A stretch of 63,783 nucleotides of DNA, filler included, from Collodictyon triciliatum (taxonomy: Eukaryota), in NCBI GenBank assembly GCA_043381765.1. It is 6 parts of 5 records of this genome, joined end to end, with 100 filler letters (N's around TTAATTAATTAA, not from the genome) between each part and the next. Parts side by side here need not be neighbours in the genome. Positions count along the whole stretch, not along the records: positions 32,337 to 40,621 come from JBHJMP010000559.1; positions 40,722 to 59,077 come from JBHJMP010000560.1; 4 more parts are not named here. One strand, given 5' to 3'. The notes beneath the pieces are model-generated. The model saw only the letters and a program-made list of their open reading frames with translations, was not told the DNA's origin and ran no database searches. Positions 39,101 to 53,005 of the stretch are shown here, in pieces. Both the position numbers and the translations under genes were made by a program. How positions within the stretch are numbered: position 1 is the stretch's first letter; each line of letters opens with the position of its first letter.

Positions 39101-40263
39101 ATGTCACTTTCCTTGCGTTTCTTGCTGGGCGACTCAGGTAAAAGGAATACATCGTTGTTTGTCTGGCATTATCGGAAGTGGCGCTTGACCGTCCCCTGGT
39201 TTCGGAACCATGTGTAGCCGGCAGTGGACTTTGCTTAACCGGAGTATGGCTATGCGTTTGTGGATTTAGAAAGATACGTTCCTGCTTGCTCGGAATGTCA
39301 TTAATGTGTGAAGTTCCAAGCTTGGATTCGACTTGTGCTGTTTGCTCTTGCTCCTTGGTTCTCGATGCGACGGGCTGGGGCAGGGTAAACGGACTATCTT
39401 TGGTGGGCGCTGGTTCTTGTATTGCCTTCGCTTTGGGGTACCTTTCGGATAAGTAACGAAGACTGCCTTGAGGCCTCCAGTATTAGCCATGTTCACGTCA
39501 GTCTGAATGGGTAGTTTAAGGGAGGATTTCTTTCGGGGTTTGGAGATGCGCTGCTCTTGGGTCTTGCGATGTGCGCCTGTATAAGGTGTTATAGTACATC
39601 AGTTTTCCTTGAATCGAATTAAGAAAAGGACATCAGTTTTACAAAAGAAATCCACATATCTGTGGGCATTGATGGTATACTATACCCAAGGATACAATTT
39701 ACGAGACCATCGTGGTTCATTGTTGAGTGATATAGTAATTTTCACTTTATGAGAGGCAAAATGATGTGGAATAATGTTTCATACTTTGACTTATAACCTA
39801 ATTATAAAGAATTATATTCTACGGCTAGTTATATTTTTTTTCGATTTCATTTCAACACGCTTAACTATACTTTTTACCATATTTTCAAGGGAGATGTATT
39901 TTGGTTCTTTTTGGTAAACAGATATTTTATTTTTTACAGCGGACATTCTAGGCGAAGAAATATTTAACGGTTGTCAAGACTGAATCTGACAGCAAGCAAA
40001 GAGAGATGTGGGAATGTGTCGTAAGATATCTCCTACAACATATTCAACCCCTGCTACCCACGCAACCAATCAATCAGCTGGGCCGCCCGCCTGACCAACT
40101 CGCTATCACTTATTTCTTTTCAGTGCTGGCCTCTCCTCGGTAGTTTTCCCTACTTGTGTTTGTTCTCTACCATGCACATCTTATCTCTTGTCTTGCATAG
40201 CCTGGCAGCTTTTTGAATAAAATAAAAGAAAAATGTGGATATGAACTAGAGGATGAAAGATGA
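39101..40263 (+). CDS. Possible small spliced gene divergent from the Rac fusion; product unknown
   Basis: Exon-like AG..GT segments include KRTSVLQKKSTYLWALMVYYTQGYNLRDHRGSLLSDI|AKKYLTVVKTESDSKQREMWEC and a terminal PGSFLNKIKEKCGYELEDER*. The model is incomplete. Confidence 0.25.
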
Positions 40264-40417
40264 TTCATTCGGATTTTAATAAGCGGTTTAAAGGAGACCA
40301 CCTATTATTCGGTTGTTTTATTCTTCTTGGTAAGACTCTGAATCTCCTCATACAATCTAATCACAGTCTCATCCCCATTTGCTTAAAAGAGAAAATGGCG
40401 GATGGAGGTTATTTTAG

Positions 40418-40524
40418 AGTGTGAGTGAGAGTGAGAGAGTGAGAGAGTGAGAGAGTGAGAGAGAGAGAGTGAGTGAGTTAGTGAGTGAGTGAGTGAGTGA
40501 GAGTGAGAGTGAGAGTGAGTGAGA

Positions 40525-40621
<97 letters not shown>
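40418..40621. repeat. (GAGAGT)n microsatellite at scaffold end
   Basis: Directly visible. Confidence 0.9.
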
Positions 40622-40665
40622 NNNNNNNNNNNNNNNNNNNNNNNNNNNNNNNNNNNNNNNNNNNN

Positions 40666-40677
40666 TTAATTAATTAA
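40666..40677. other. Artificial scaffold-join spacer
   Basis: N44-TTAATTAATTAA-N44. Confidence 0.95.
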
Positions 40678-42232
40678 NNNNNNNNNNNNNNNNNNNNNNN
40701 NNNNNNNNNNNNNNNNNNNNNGTCGGCTTTGTCTGTTTGCAGACATCGGAGTAGCCGCTCGCCTTCGCTTGGGTGGCGGCGGGCTTTGTTTGTGTCCGCT
40801 GTGGGGCGGCGTTGGGTGCGGCTTTGCCTGTGAGCGTGCCTGCCGAGTTGGAGGGCACGTTTGGGTCTTTGTCCGCAGTGGAAGGGGAGCCTTTTGTGGA
40901 GTCTTTGGAGTTAGCGGGAGTTTGCCTGTGTCTGGTGTGGTCTTCGTTGCTGATTTTGAGGAAGCGAATTTGCCTTTAATGAGATAAACAGCGGTAAACT
41001 TTTGTTGTTGCTTAATGTTGGCTTATTGTGGAAAAACATGTCACTGAACTTGATGTTTGACCGAACAAATCCCGGGTTTGTCATCGCAATACAGAAGTAG
41101 AGAAGGGGAGGCGGGGTGTCTGGGCAAAGTCGAAGCATCATGCTTTACAAATTTCTAGCATATTTAAATCTCAGCATTGTAAAATTATTATTATAATATG
41201 AACGATTCGTGGTCTCTCTCTTAAATATAATAAATAATATACCGCCACAAATGGTATGGTCTCTTATGTTGGGAGGGCGACAAGGGACGAGTTATACTCT
41301 GCGAGTTTTCTATAAAGAAGCAACGATGTTTTCAAATAAGAGAGCGAGAAAAAATAGTGTCGTTTGTCAGATATCAGCGAGCTCGGATACAGTTTTGTTG
41401 GGAAGCCTCAGCCGAGGTTTTATATAGTGAACGCCTAGAGAAGGATATTGCAGGTGTTTAAAATGAAGGCTCTTGAAGAAAAAGCGCCACTTGTACACCG
41501 AGACATTCAACTTATGGCTGACTTGTGCTACAGTTTCGAGTTCACCACAACTATACTGCAGATTTCACACTGGCTCATGTTATTTGCGAAAGAGGATACC
41601 TAAACTTAGTGACAAACTTTATCCTGATGCTTATATGTCATTGTCAACATCAAATTTTAGATAGTGTCATATTCCGTCATTAAGATGAAATCAGACAGAA
41701 ATGTTGAGATAAGATATGATAGAATATCATATAGCAGAAATATATAAGGCATTTTTCACTCACCTCTAAAATACATTTGACTTCATAATAAACTCTTACT
41801 TTCATAGCGGGGTCTATGGCAAAATGAAACCCTCATACCTCGGGAGAGATATAAAAACATCTATGAACAGGATAACTGGCCGGCACCGCTATATGCTTTT
41901 CCCCTAATAATGTGTAATCATTCTTTGCATACCCCGAATGCCTTCCACCAGTGAAAGCATAATGTGTAACAGCAAGTTCATCTTTTCGTATAAGTAAAGA
42001 TCAAACAATTAAAGAGGACAAAAAACACAAACACAAACACAAACACAAACACAAACACAAACACAAACACAAACACAAACACAAACACAAACACAAACAC
42101 AAACACAAACACAAACACAAACACAAACGCATTGCGAGCCTTCACAGCAGACCGTCCTGCCATTCCTACAAAGTCTTAGACACCAAATCTCTTCGCCTTT
42201 CAGCCACCGATCTGACCTCTGGCCCTCCAGCA

Positions 42233-45200
42233 ATGTCGACCCGTGTGAACGACCTGCTTCAAAGCTACCTCAAGCAGTACGAGTCACACATCCCCCCAGT
42301 CATCAAGCCTGAAGACAAAGCTGTACAAAACGAGGCCCCGTCCTCGACCCAGCCAGTTGATTCAAATAACGTCCAAAGCAGAAAGCCGGCTGCCTCGCTA
42401 CAGAAAGGAGGATCTGCAGGTAACTTTACCCTAAAGATCCCAGGGAAGCTTTCAGAGTCCTTCTCCAAACTTCCAGTCGGGCTGATCAGTCTCCCTGAAA
42501 CTACCGGAGCAGCCCCATCTGTGAAGGAGTCAACCACGCAAGAGGACCCGAATGGAGTTTCTCTGAAAGGCGAGAGTGAGTTGGAGCAACTTCGAGGCCG
42601 TCTTGTGGTTCGGCTACTCAATGAAGTATTCACAGATGGTTTGTAATGTGTTTGGGGTTCTCTCATGAGAATCCCGTATCAAAAGAATATTCTTACCTTT
42701 GGTGATACATTCACACGGAAGCGATACACTTGGCTATTAATCCCACCATATGATATTTAGAAGTCCTTTTATTTTATAAAGACTCATTCTATATTGGTCG
42801 GTATCATATTTGTAGAAAGGTCTCTCAGGCAGAACTTTACACAGGCCCAAGATCGAGTGCACAAAGAATATATGAAGTAGTTTACCTTAGTATACCGCTT
42901 CTTTTCATTTTTTCTTATTTCTTTTGTGAAAGTAGCTGTTGAGTTCATGTGGTTCGTTATTCAATATATCTTCAAGTGACGCTTTCATCACCAAACTATT
43001 TTTATAAATAATGTAATCATACTCACATTGATATTGAATACATAAAATCAAGGTCTGAGGGTAGTTTGCTCAGTCTAGTTCAAAAGCAAAAACAGTCTGG
43101 TGATGAAATTCTAAAGAGAAAAGTGGAAAGCTCGTGCGAAATTGCTTACGTAGTGCTTCGTTCCTTATTTTTCCATTGAAATAATCAGAAAATTCACTGT
43201 CTTGATAAACACATTAGAAAATAAAAGGTAATGTCCATAAAATATCTTTGGAAGCGGCAAAATATGATGGATTTTATATCGAAACAATGAGCAACCTCCG
43301 CACAACTGTCATCGCCAAGATGCAACTGGAAAAGACATCAGCAACATACTATCACTGGGGGGAATTGAGTCCTGTTTAGCCATTGATGCGATAAGCAAAA
43401 TACCCGAATATAAAGCATCTGTCTTTTCATTTAATTTTTGTGAAGAACTTATCACTACTAGATACTCTTCTCCAAAACTTACCTCAAGTGATAATTTCAT
43501 TAATCAGTGGCTCTAATGGAGAAGCTTACGGAACTAGCTGCCGATGGAGTGAGCAAGTCATGGAAACCTCATCTCGAGGTTTCGTGGATTATCGTGCTAA
43601 TCATTTTTAGTTCAAATTCTCTTCTTCTTTTTTTTTTTTTTGAATAGAATAAAGGAAAAAAAAAAAGTTGAAATCCTCTTTTATAGAAATCTGCTAGACT
43701 AACTCTAGAAATTCATAATGAAATAATTCTAGAAATGTTTGGTCCACTTGTCCTTCTTTTACAAGTACAAGACTCATCGCCAAATTGCACCTTTCTTTTC
43801 CAAGTGGGAAAATACCTTGATGATTATATATGACGAAGCCATTACCGTGGTCTCACAGTAACATTTATTTTCCCCTCAAATCATGTATTATTTTTATATT
43901 TGTAATTAAAATATTTAGTGTGCTTTGGAATTACCTGCAGGTATCCTATACAAAATGAGTCATCAAAGCAGGCGTCCAGACTTCAATTCCAAGAACTTTG
44001 CGATATAATGTCTCTCATTCCGGGATTAAGGTTAAATTAATTGTAATAGATCGAACTTGTACTTCATTATATTAAGATAATAATAATTTTCTTATGAACA
44101 ATACCGTACTAAAGGTTCGAGGTGTGCGATTACATCGTCGGTATATACAAACAAGAATACCGAGAAGCCTTCCGATTCAATGTAGATTACAATTTAAATT
44201 ATTTAATGGGCATTATTTATTTCGAAAAATCTAAACTCAAACTCTTGCTGATATATTGGATTTCTCTCTCTTTTTTTTTTATTATTGTTATTGTTATTGT
44301 TATTGTTATTGTTATTGTTATTGTTATTGTTATTGTTATTATGGTTGTGATTGTGATTGTGATTGTGATTGTGATTGTGATTTTGATTTTGATTTTGATT
44401 TTGATTTTGATTTTGATTTTGATTTTGATTTTGATTTTGATTTTGATTTTGATTTTGATTGTTAAAATGTAAAGCAAACCATCAAGAAGCTCCAAGAATC
44501 CTTTGCGTATATTAAACAACAGTTAGAAGGATATAAGTCAAAGTATGGTGAGCTGATACCAACAAAATGGAGACTCAAAGAAATTATTGCTATTAGATTG
44601 GTAGACGAGTGTGGGTACGGTTAATTTACAATATTTTTTTTTGATGATCTAGTCCTCAATTCTTACGGACGCATCACACTGATCAAAACTGAGTTAATCA
44701 TCATTTGAATAATTATTTTGTAGGTCGTATGTTTCATCTGTTTTGAATGAGTTTAATAGAGACCTTGAGCCTATGGATTTTGTTGAGGCAATCAAACAAA
44801 GCATGCAATTTGAGGAGGATCTAGATTCCTTATCGTTTATTCTTCCTGACGATGATACAATACCAGCCAAATGGGTTACAAACTCTGAACCAAAACCTCA
44901 GTCAAAGTCTCGTTTGCTGAGTTTCTCACAGATGATATCAATTCATTTCAAGCCGTTCATGGGTGTTTTATTGACTCACGTTCAAAAGTAATTCAGAAGC
45001 ATATTAAAATAAGCTTAAAAGCAAGAATTTTTTTTTTAAAAAAAAAAATAAATTCCAAAGTGTTTGTACTTATTCATGCGCTCATGAATTTAGAATTCTC
45101 AATGAAATATTGCGACAAAACACGGCCTCTGATGCCCTTCCGAAAGCCACAATTATCGAGAAGGTAAAGTCAGGACCCAAATTATTAGAAGATTACCTGT

Positions 45201-48153
45201 TTTCTTGTTAGTGCGGTTGATATATGCATGCGTTTTGATTGCTCATATTTGATGCTTCTTTAAATTTAATCAAATTTATTTATTTATTTGATTTGACTTT
45301 AGACATGCTGTTCAGGAACTACATTGATTTCTGAGATGCAAGACTATTTGACCCACTGCAAACTTGCACCATCATCAGACCTTCTCATGGATACAGTACA
45401 AATATTCGAGCAGTCTACAAAGCTATATATTGATCAACTGGTAGATCTATTTCAACTGTAAGTCTCAAGGAGCATATGTTTTCATAATTACAATATATGA
45501 TGGGGACTAAAATATATCACAAACGGCAAAATCAATAACAGCAACCTTCATTCTGCAGATGACTTAAATATAATCTTACTTTTTTTTTTTTTTGCAAAAT
45601 TATAATTCACTCACCAATTTCGTCAGTCTTCCAGTTGATGATGCTGAAGAATGGGAACAATTAGTCATTATGATATTGGAAACATCGAATGATTCGTTTG
45701 ACAAAATCAAAGGAGTATTTGAAACTGTAATACTAATTCAAATATCAACAATCCACGAATGTTGCATACCATCAATTTTCCCTCTTTTTCTAATTGTCTG
45801 AATTTTAATATGATTTTAAGCTTCGAGGGATGATGTCGGCTGATTCAGCCCAAAATTTTGACTGGTCTGGTCATATGACCGGGTTTACTAGGTATTTTAT
45901 AGGTTGTTTACACCCTAGAGCTTCTGAAATTCTAAACCATTAGCTCACTTTTTCTTATTGACCTTTTTTTTTTTTTACGTCGACTATCATTTCAGTATGA
46001 AAACCATCTTTACTTTAGGATTGAGGAGCTCATAATCAAGTATTACTTGGTTATCTTTGAGAAGATTGTCCGTAGATTCATGGAGGAGCATAAACAGCTT
46101 TTCTGGAGTTTACACGCAGAAAAAAAAGTCTCACTTATTGCTTTCTACATCAAAATAGCCCCTTGCGGTGTAGATAAGAAAAATATATCGTATCTAATTG
46201 CCACTTATCAGCATTATTTGAATGATATTGATGTTTTTAATATTAGGCAGCGTCAAATACGAGCTCAAATCCTATGGAAGAAATGAAAAGCTCTATAGCA
46301 AAGAAATTCGTTTATGTTTACCGAAAAGTACCAAAGTCAATTGGTATAATCTTAATGGACAGGATTATCAAGTATGGCTTAACCATCGTATTGTATCATT
46401 TCATTTTAACAGCACTCGTTTTAAACTCAATATCCGGTGCTAGTTTTGTTGTCACGCACTTTCTTGACGTGATGTTTAGTTGTGTTGGGGTCGGAGATAA
46501 AATCATAGAAAATGTAAGACTTTGAGCCAACGCCATTTTTTTATTTTTTGGGAAGTAAACAAAAATCAAGCGATTGATCCATAGGAAGGCTCTCATTAAT
46601 AGTGTAAAAATAACTCGATGCTTGTTTTGTGCAGATGGCCCAAAGTGCAGTGTCCATGCAGGAAACCCTATATGATATTTTAAAGTCTTCCAATATCGAT
46701 CTTCAACTAATAAAGTATGTTTCGTGTCCATTTATATCCTACACTCAATTTTCCAAGTATGATAAATTCAGATATTCTACTTCAAGAGTCCCCTGGGTTG
46801 ATTGTAAAATTAATCTACTAACACATCTCTTTTCTGCCTATCATATAGTATCGACAAGCGTATTCATTATCTAGTCATGATTATGAAGACCTTGCACGTA
46901 TTATACCAGTCAAATTCAATAAGCGCAATATTTTTTATTTAATATACGCTTCTACAAATCTGAAAATTTTGCTATGACTTATGTATCTCGTATTCCTTGT
47001 TGATTAACAAAAAAATTTTATGAAGATATTCTTATTGCCCGAGGACAAAATCTCAGAAGCCTATATCCGAGAAATGGCACAACCAGATGAAAAGCTTTTT
47101 GGATACCTCCTCAGTCTGAAAGTTTGTTCTTTCTCATAATTTTATGTATTTTTTTAGAGGCATGAAAAAAATATTCCTTTTGATTCAATAGTTTGTATCA
47201 TTTTTTAAAATTATTTTTATTTACTGAACCAAATTTTCTACTATTGATATAATAATTATGTCTTTAATTTTGCTTTGCTTGTAGGCATTACCTCAAAGCA
47301 AGCAGGCTGTGATCAAGTGCTCATGTTATCATGCATTGAAAAGATTTGCGGCAGTTTATATTTTATATGTAGTGATGAAAAAATCGTGTAGAAATAATAA
47401 CACTTCCGCTTATTACACATCGTTAACGAAACAGTATGGACTTCAAGTCAAAGATAGCCACGGTTGAGTCTGGTGCCGCGAAAACATATGAATCATCAAA
47501 GCAGTTGGATTTGAGTAAATCTGAGACATCAATATACTCGGCCATGGAACTTTCAAATGAGCAATACACAATATCCTTTATCCCTTGAAATTTGATATTG
47601 ACTATCATTATCATGATTAAATCATGCAGAACAGTCTATTTTATATGTATGCAATATTTTCCTTTACACAAACACATAGCCGTTTATGAATTACTCTACC
47701 TTTGTCTATTCAAGGAAAATATGGCAGTCAAAGATAAGGTTTCTTTACCCTTTCTTGAGAATATTTGTAACAGTCTTGCTATTTAAAATATACAGTGAAT
47801 TGTGGCTTTATTTTTTGAGAGTTTAATCGAATAAATCCACGACTAGCTCATTAGCGTCTTCTTTCAAAATTTGAGACTCCAGTTAAAGATTAGCAACAGA
47901 AGCTCTAATGTTATCACTAATATGATACAGGTAGACACATATCCACAGTTCACTGATTTACTCGAAACCACAAAAAAAAAAAAAAAAAAAAAAGGATTTT
48001 TAAAAAAAAAATATCCTTTTTCTTATTTTATTTTATAANNNNNNNNNNNNNNNNNNNNNNNNNNNNNNNNNNNNNNNNNNNNNNNNNNNNNNNNNNNNNN
48101 NNNNNNNNNNNNNNNNNNNNNNNNNNNNNNNNNNNNNNAAAAAAAATAAAAAA

Positions 48154-48216
<63 letters not shown>

Positions 48217-51200
48217 GGTGTTTTTTATTGCATAGTTATGCATCTTTCATATTATTTATGCACACAGAAAGTTGCCAACGAATTTCAAGGTGAACTGTCT
48301 GCCTTTCTGCCATCCATTCACTTCAGAGTTATCATGCTGTTGAATACATCGCCATCTCTCTTTGATGATTATGCTAAATACAAAGTACGTTTGTTGAATT
48401 TCATAATTATGCTAAACAGTGTAATGCATATGAACTGTATCGATTTATCAATTTTTTTTTTCAATCTTGCTTTCGGTTTGCATGCTCCTATATGATAATA
48501 TAAAAAAATATACAGGCTTGGCAGGAGAGGCAACTTAAGGTTGCCTGCTTGGGACTGGCGTATACTGTGCAAAAGTGCGAATTAACAACATTTGAAATAC
48601 AAGAGAAGAAGGTATGGCCTTCAAATTATGTTATTTAATAAATCATGGTATTTTAGGTAGCTACAACTGTTTTAGATTAGCGTTTGAATTTTTACTTTCT
48701 TTTTAGAAAACACAAATGGAAGTTATACAAATGATATTTGATTCATATATCGAGATCAAAAATAGTCCAGCAGGTGAGTGGGCTTCATATACTTCAATTA
48801 TTCAATTAATTTTGTAATTTTCTTTCCTTCCCGAAATGCAAAAGCGTAAATTATAAATACATGTACCTATTCACTAGAAACCAGACAAAACTCGTTCAAA
48901 ATTGCAGTCTCTTACTTGAATAGTCTATTCGGCTCCATTGGCTCCCAACTTAAGCTCAAATGCACAGACCAACTAAATCAATACTTTATTTTCAACTATC
49001 CATACCCTCTTAATATGGGTCTGTATGCATCTCTTGTGAAGGCTTACTTTGAAGACGAAGACCAAGGTATTACCTTGAATATGCGTATAATAGTCCCTTT
49101 TTTATATACAGCGATATTATGACCAAATATATTAAATGATAAGGATATATTAGGCAAGGTGGTCTTTGAAATGCAAATATTCGAACCTCTTTTTAGTATT
49201 ACTCATGAAATACTGAATATAAACAATCAGATACACATAATTTGGTGAGAATTTTTAATAATCTGGTTATGAAAGAAAAATCGAGTAATACTATCACAAA
49301 TCGAATGTTGAAATTCGTATTATCTTTTCAATAATTCTAATTTAGATTATATATAACTAATCTAAACCAAAGCTACTTGAAGATATTATTCGAGAAATAT
49401 CTAAGTTTCGAAAACCCAGAGTTACTCAGTATATTTAGGGCAGAGCTTAGTGCAAAGTCGAAGCAAGGTTGAATAATTCTCTTCTCTTCTCTTCTCTTCT
49501 CTTCTCTTCTCTTCTCTTCTCTTCTCTTCTCTTCTCTTCTCTTCTCTTCTCTTCTCTTCTCTTCTCTTCTCTTCTCTTTTGTGCCTTTCTCAACTGAGAT
49601 TATCCTGTAATCAATAAGAAATTTCTCCAATAACTGATCATATTTTGTTTTGAATAGGCTCATTAATACATCCAAGTAAATATGAATCCAACGCTTTGGA
49701 ATCCATGATTGCGTGGAGTCTGGACTTGCTTGAAGATTATCGGAATGTTTTTGCCACAACACCCGCAGATATCCCATCGGTTCTAGACATATTTGTTTTT
49801 TGCAAACATTTGCAAACGGGACAATATATATACTCTCCTCCTGTTCAAAAGAGTAGACGAGACCAGGATACTGCTAAAGCAGTAGATTCTAAAATCAGTA
49901 TTGATATCGGGCACATCATTCAGACGGCTATGAGAAAACGATATCGAAAGATGACAAATGAATTCAGAAAGGATTCGCCAACTCTCAACTTTTTAACCTT
50001 AAAAACAGTCGCCCAGAGCATTATTCACGACGTTGAAGCTGAAAATGAAGTAAGTTTATCACATTTATATGAACTCTGCTGAAGTTTTTCTGATAATTGT
50101 TTGGTGTATATACAGTTTTATGTCACCCCAGTTGTCACATCTAGTATGCTTTCATTTCCGTATAGGACTTTTCCCCCGGATTTATTCGCTACTTCCCTTC
50201 CTCTTTGCAAGTAGCAATTGAGGAGCTTCTGAGAAGGTTTCACGAAGATATTACGACGCTTTTATCATGCAATCCAATAGTGGATGCAAATACGTTGGGT
50301 CTCCTCATTGCCATCGAAAATATTAAACTAAAGGCAAAAGAGGTCGGATTCAGCATGGTATGGCTCTTTTTCCTTTTTCTTTTTTTCCTTTTTCTTTTTT
50401 TCTTTTTTTCTTTTTTTCTTTTTTTCTTTTTTTCTTTTTTTCTTTTTTTCTTTTTTTCTTTTTTTCTTTTTTTCTTTTTTTNNNNNNNNNNNNNNNNNNN
50501 NNNNNNNNNNNNNNNNNNNNNNNNNNNNNNNNNNNNNNNNNNNNNNNNNNNNNNNNNNNNNNNNNNNNNNNNNNNNNNNNNTTTTTTGCTTTTGCTTTTG
50601 CTTTTGCTTTTACAAGATATTTACTCTCTTATTCGCATTAGCCCACAGACATTTTGACTTGTAACCAAACTCTGATTCGGATGTGGACCAAACAGCAGCA
50701 AGCCATGCTGCAACAATTCTCTCGTAGGACAGTAGAAAAAACATGGGCTCCTATATCCAATGAAAATAAGTTTGTGCTTATCAAGAGTTTTCCTATTTAT
50801 CATTGAATGCTGTTTAGAAATGTTCAATTACCGATTTTATTGCATGATTAAGCAAGGCTGAGTCATAAATTACATGTATATTAGTTCTTTACTGGACGTG
50901 CTGATTTCCTTCTTTTTTGTATACTAGAATAACCCACTCTGTGATTGACTTGTTAACGATGCTTTCCCAAAGCCTCGAATTTTTGTCATCCATCCCAAAT
51001 ACCGACCTGGTTCAATACTCTTCCATTGAAATGTTAAAGATCGTCGGAGACATAATGACGCATTATGTAGAAGAATATATACAAGGCGTGAAAAGCGAAA
51101 TATCAGAGGTTATTTTCCTTCATTTATATATTTATGAATAAGATGTATCTTTGATTACAACCAAGGCATTATAGATGGTCGGCGTTTCATACACCAAATA

Positions 51201-53005
51201 TTCTTATTGTTTTAAACAATATTTATTCTATACATAATTTGGGTTTTTAGAAAACTCAAGAACCCACAAGGATGGGATTTCCACTTCTACTAACTCGACC
51301 AATGCCTGCCACACCTACAAAAGCAACGCAACCTCGTGCTAATGACCTGGCTATCCCAGACTTGGACGTGTCACCAGTAACTATATATATTGAATGAGTA
51401 AAAGAAAAACTGATATAATTGAATTATGAATGAAATCCTATGTATGATAGAATCTAATATCTAATTATGCAGTTTGCTTTGAGGATAAACAATATCAATT
51501 TCGCCATTCCGAAACTGAGGGTACAATTTATATATAACAATGTATTTGTATTTGTATTTGTATTTGTATTTGTATTTGTATTTGTATTTGTATTTGTATT
51601 TGTATTTGTATTTGTATTTGTATTTGTATTTGTATTTGTATTATATTAGGGGAGCATTCAATTTTAATTGATAATTTTCTGTATAATCAGCATACTAACA
51701 CTATTAGTGGAATATATTACATGGGGCATTGAAATATATCATGCTAGAGAAATTACAATATGTATTATATCCTAATATTACTTTTTTGCATTCAAGACAC
51801 TTTTTGATGACATCGACGAAGTCCGGGACATTGTTGATATGTCTCAACTCGACGAGTTGGTTGAAAATACTCGAAAACTTTTGGATGACTTAATGAAAAC
51901 AATAGGTTTTTGTGTTTAATTTCACAGGAATTGAAAAATGATTGGATAAATTCTCATTTATACATGACAAATATAATTCGTTGTTAAAATAAAAATACAC
52001 TAATCATGAGAATGTGAAGCTGGTATAAATAAACATATAGTGTGTTTGTATTTCTCTTATTAATTAAATTTTTGAAAAATACAAACCGTAGCCATGAGAA
52101 TAATGGATCATGTCTCTCCATTGTTCAAAAAGCTTTATTCCCCATCTGTGCATTCATCCAACAATCTGCATCAACTGCTTGTTATACTCCAAAATGTTCT
52201 TGTAGACCTGAGAGAATGGGGTAGCATAGAAATCAAACACTATTCGCGTTTAAATCCAGTACTTATTTACTATATAATATATCAATAGTTGTTGCTGATC
52301 TTTTCAAACCGCTGGTATCGAAGATTTTTACAGAGTTTATCAACACATATATATCTGTGATGCTTGATGGAGGAGGAGTTCAGGGTGATATCAAAGCTGA
52401 TGATGAGGAGATTTTAACAGAAGACACCGAAGTACAGTTCATCCATATTGTTTGGGTGTATTAGACAGTGCTTCTTATACATGCATCTCTTCCTTTTTTT
52501 TTTCTTTTTATTTTTTTCTGATGTGCCTTTTTATTTCCGCTCTCTAGAAAATAGCAACTTTCTTCATCGTACCAGACAGAAACGGGTGTGCAAACGGACT
52601 ACCCCACGAAGGTTAAAATTCTTTTCGATATCCCGCATGTACTCAAAAGAAAAAAAAACTCTTCAACACGACTTGAAAGATTTTATATTCATAAGATATA
52701 TATGCCCTTTTGTCTTTATATTGATTAACTGTATACATCGATTATTTTTATTATTGATATATGATGCCACATTCTTCGTTGCCGTCAAAATGACAGAGGT
52801 AAGGACTGCCTTGATTGGCCCAAAAATGATGATTCGGCACATCTTATGCAAAACGTCAGAAGAACTGGCTGAGAAGTATCGAGACTGCCAATCAAACCCG
52901 AAAGACAGCTCGATTGTGACAGGAAACAACATTTGCCGATATTGCCGCACGAGGAATGACCGCACCGCTCAAAAACTAGCCCGACTTTACAAACCACCTC
53001 TTTGA
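42233..53005 (+). CDS. Vps53-like domain fused to a PATROL1/DUF810 (Munc13-type MUN) domain
   Basis: The N-half has Vps53-like segments (IAKMQLEKTSATYYHWGELM; LQESFAYIKQQLEGYKSKYGELIPTKW; LLSLKALPQSKQ). The C-half has PATROL1-like segments (LSNEQYTIAVYELL; LRLQLKIS; FDDYAKYKAWQERQLKV; YPLNMGLYASLVKAYFE; ICRYCRTRNDRTAQKLARLYKPPL*). Families recognised from memory, not searched. Confidence 0.7.
47571..47675 (+). other. U12-type (minor spliceosome) AT-AC intron, 105 nt
   Basis: Donor ATATCCTTT, branch-like TTTTCCTTTAC at 47657-47667, terminal AC at 47674-47675. Removal gives in-frame ..NEQYT|IAVYELL... Confidence 0.8.

Noticed and set aside
43228-43319. 10-nt micro-exon or frameshift in the Vps53-like region
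   Set aside because: A single longer exon with an intron at ~43369-43507 keeps frame and aligns better with Vps53.
48011-48020. Second ATATCCTTT U12-like donor
   Set aside because: It lies inside a GT-AG intron (donor 47931) after an A-run, with no upstream exon.
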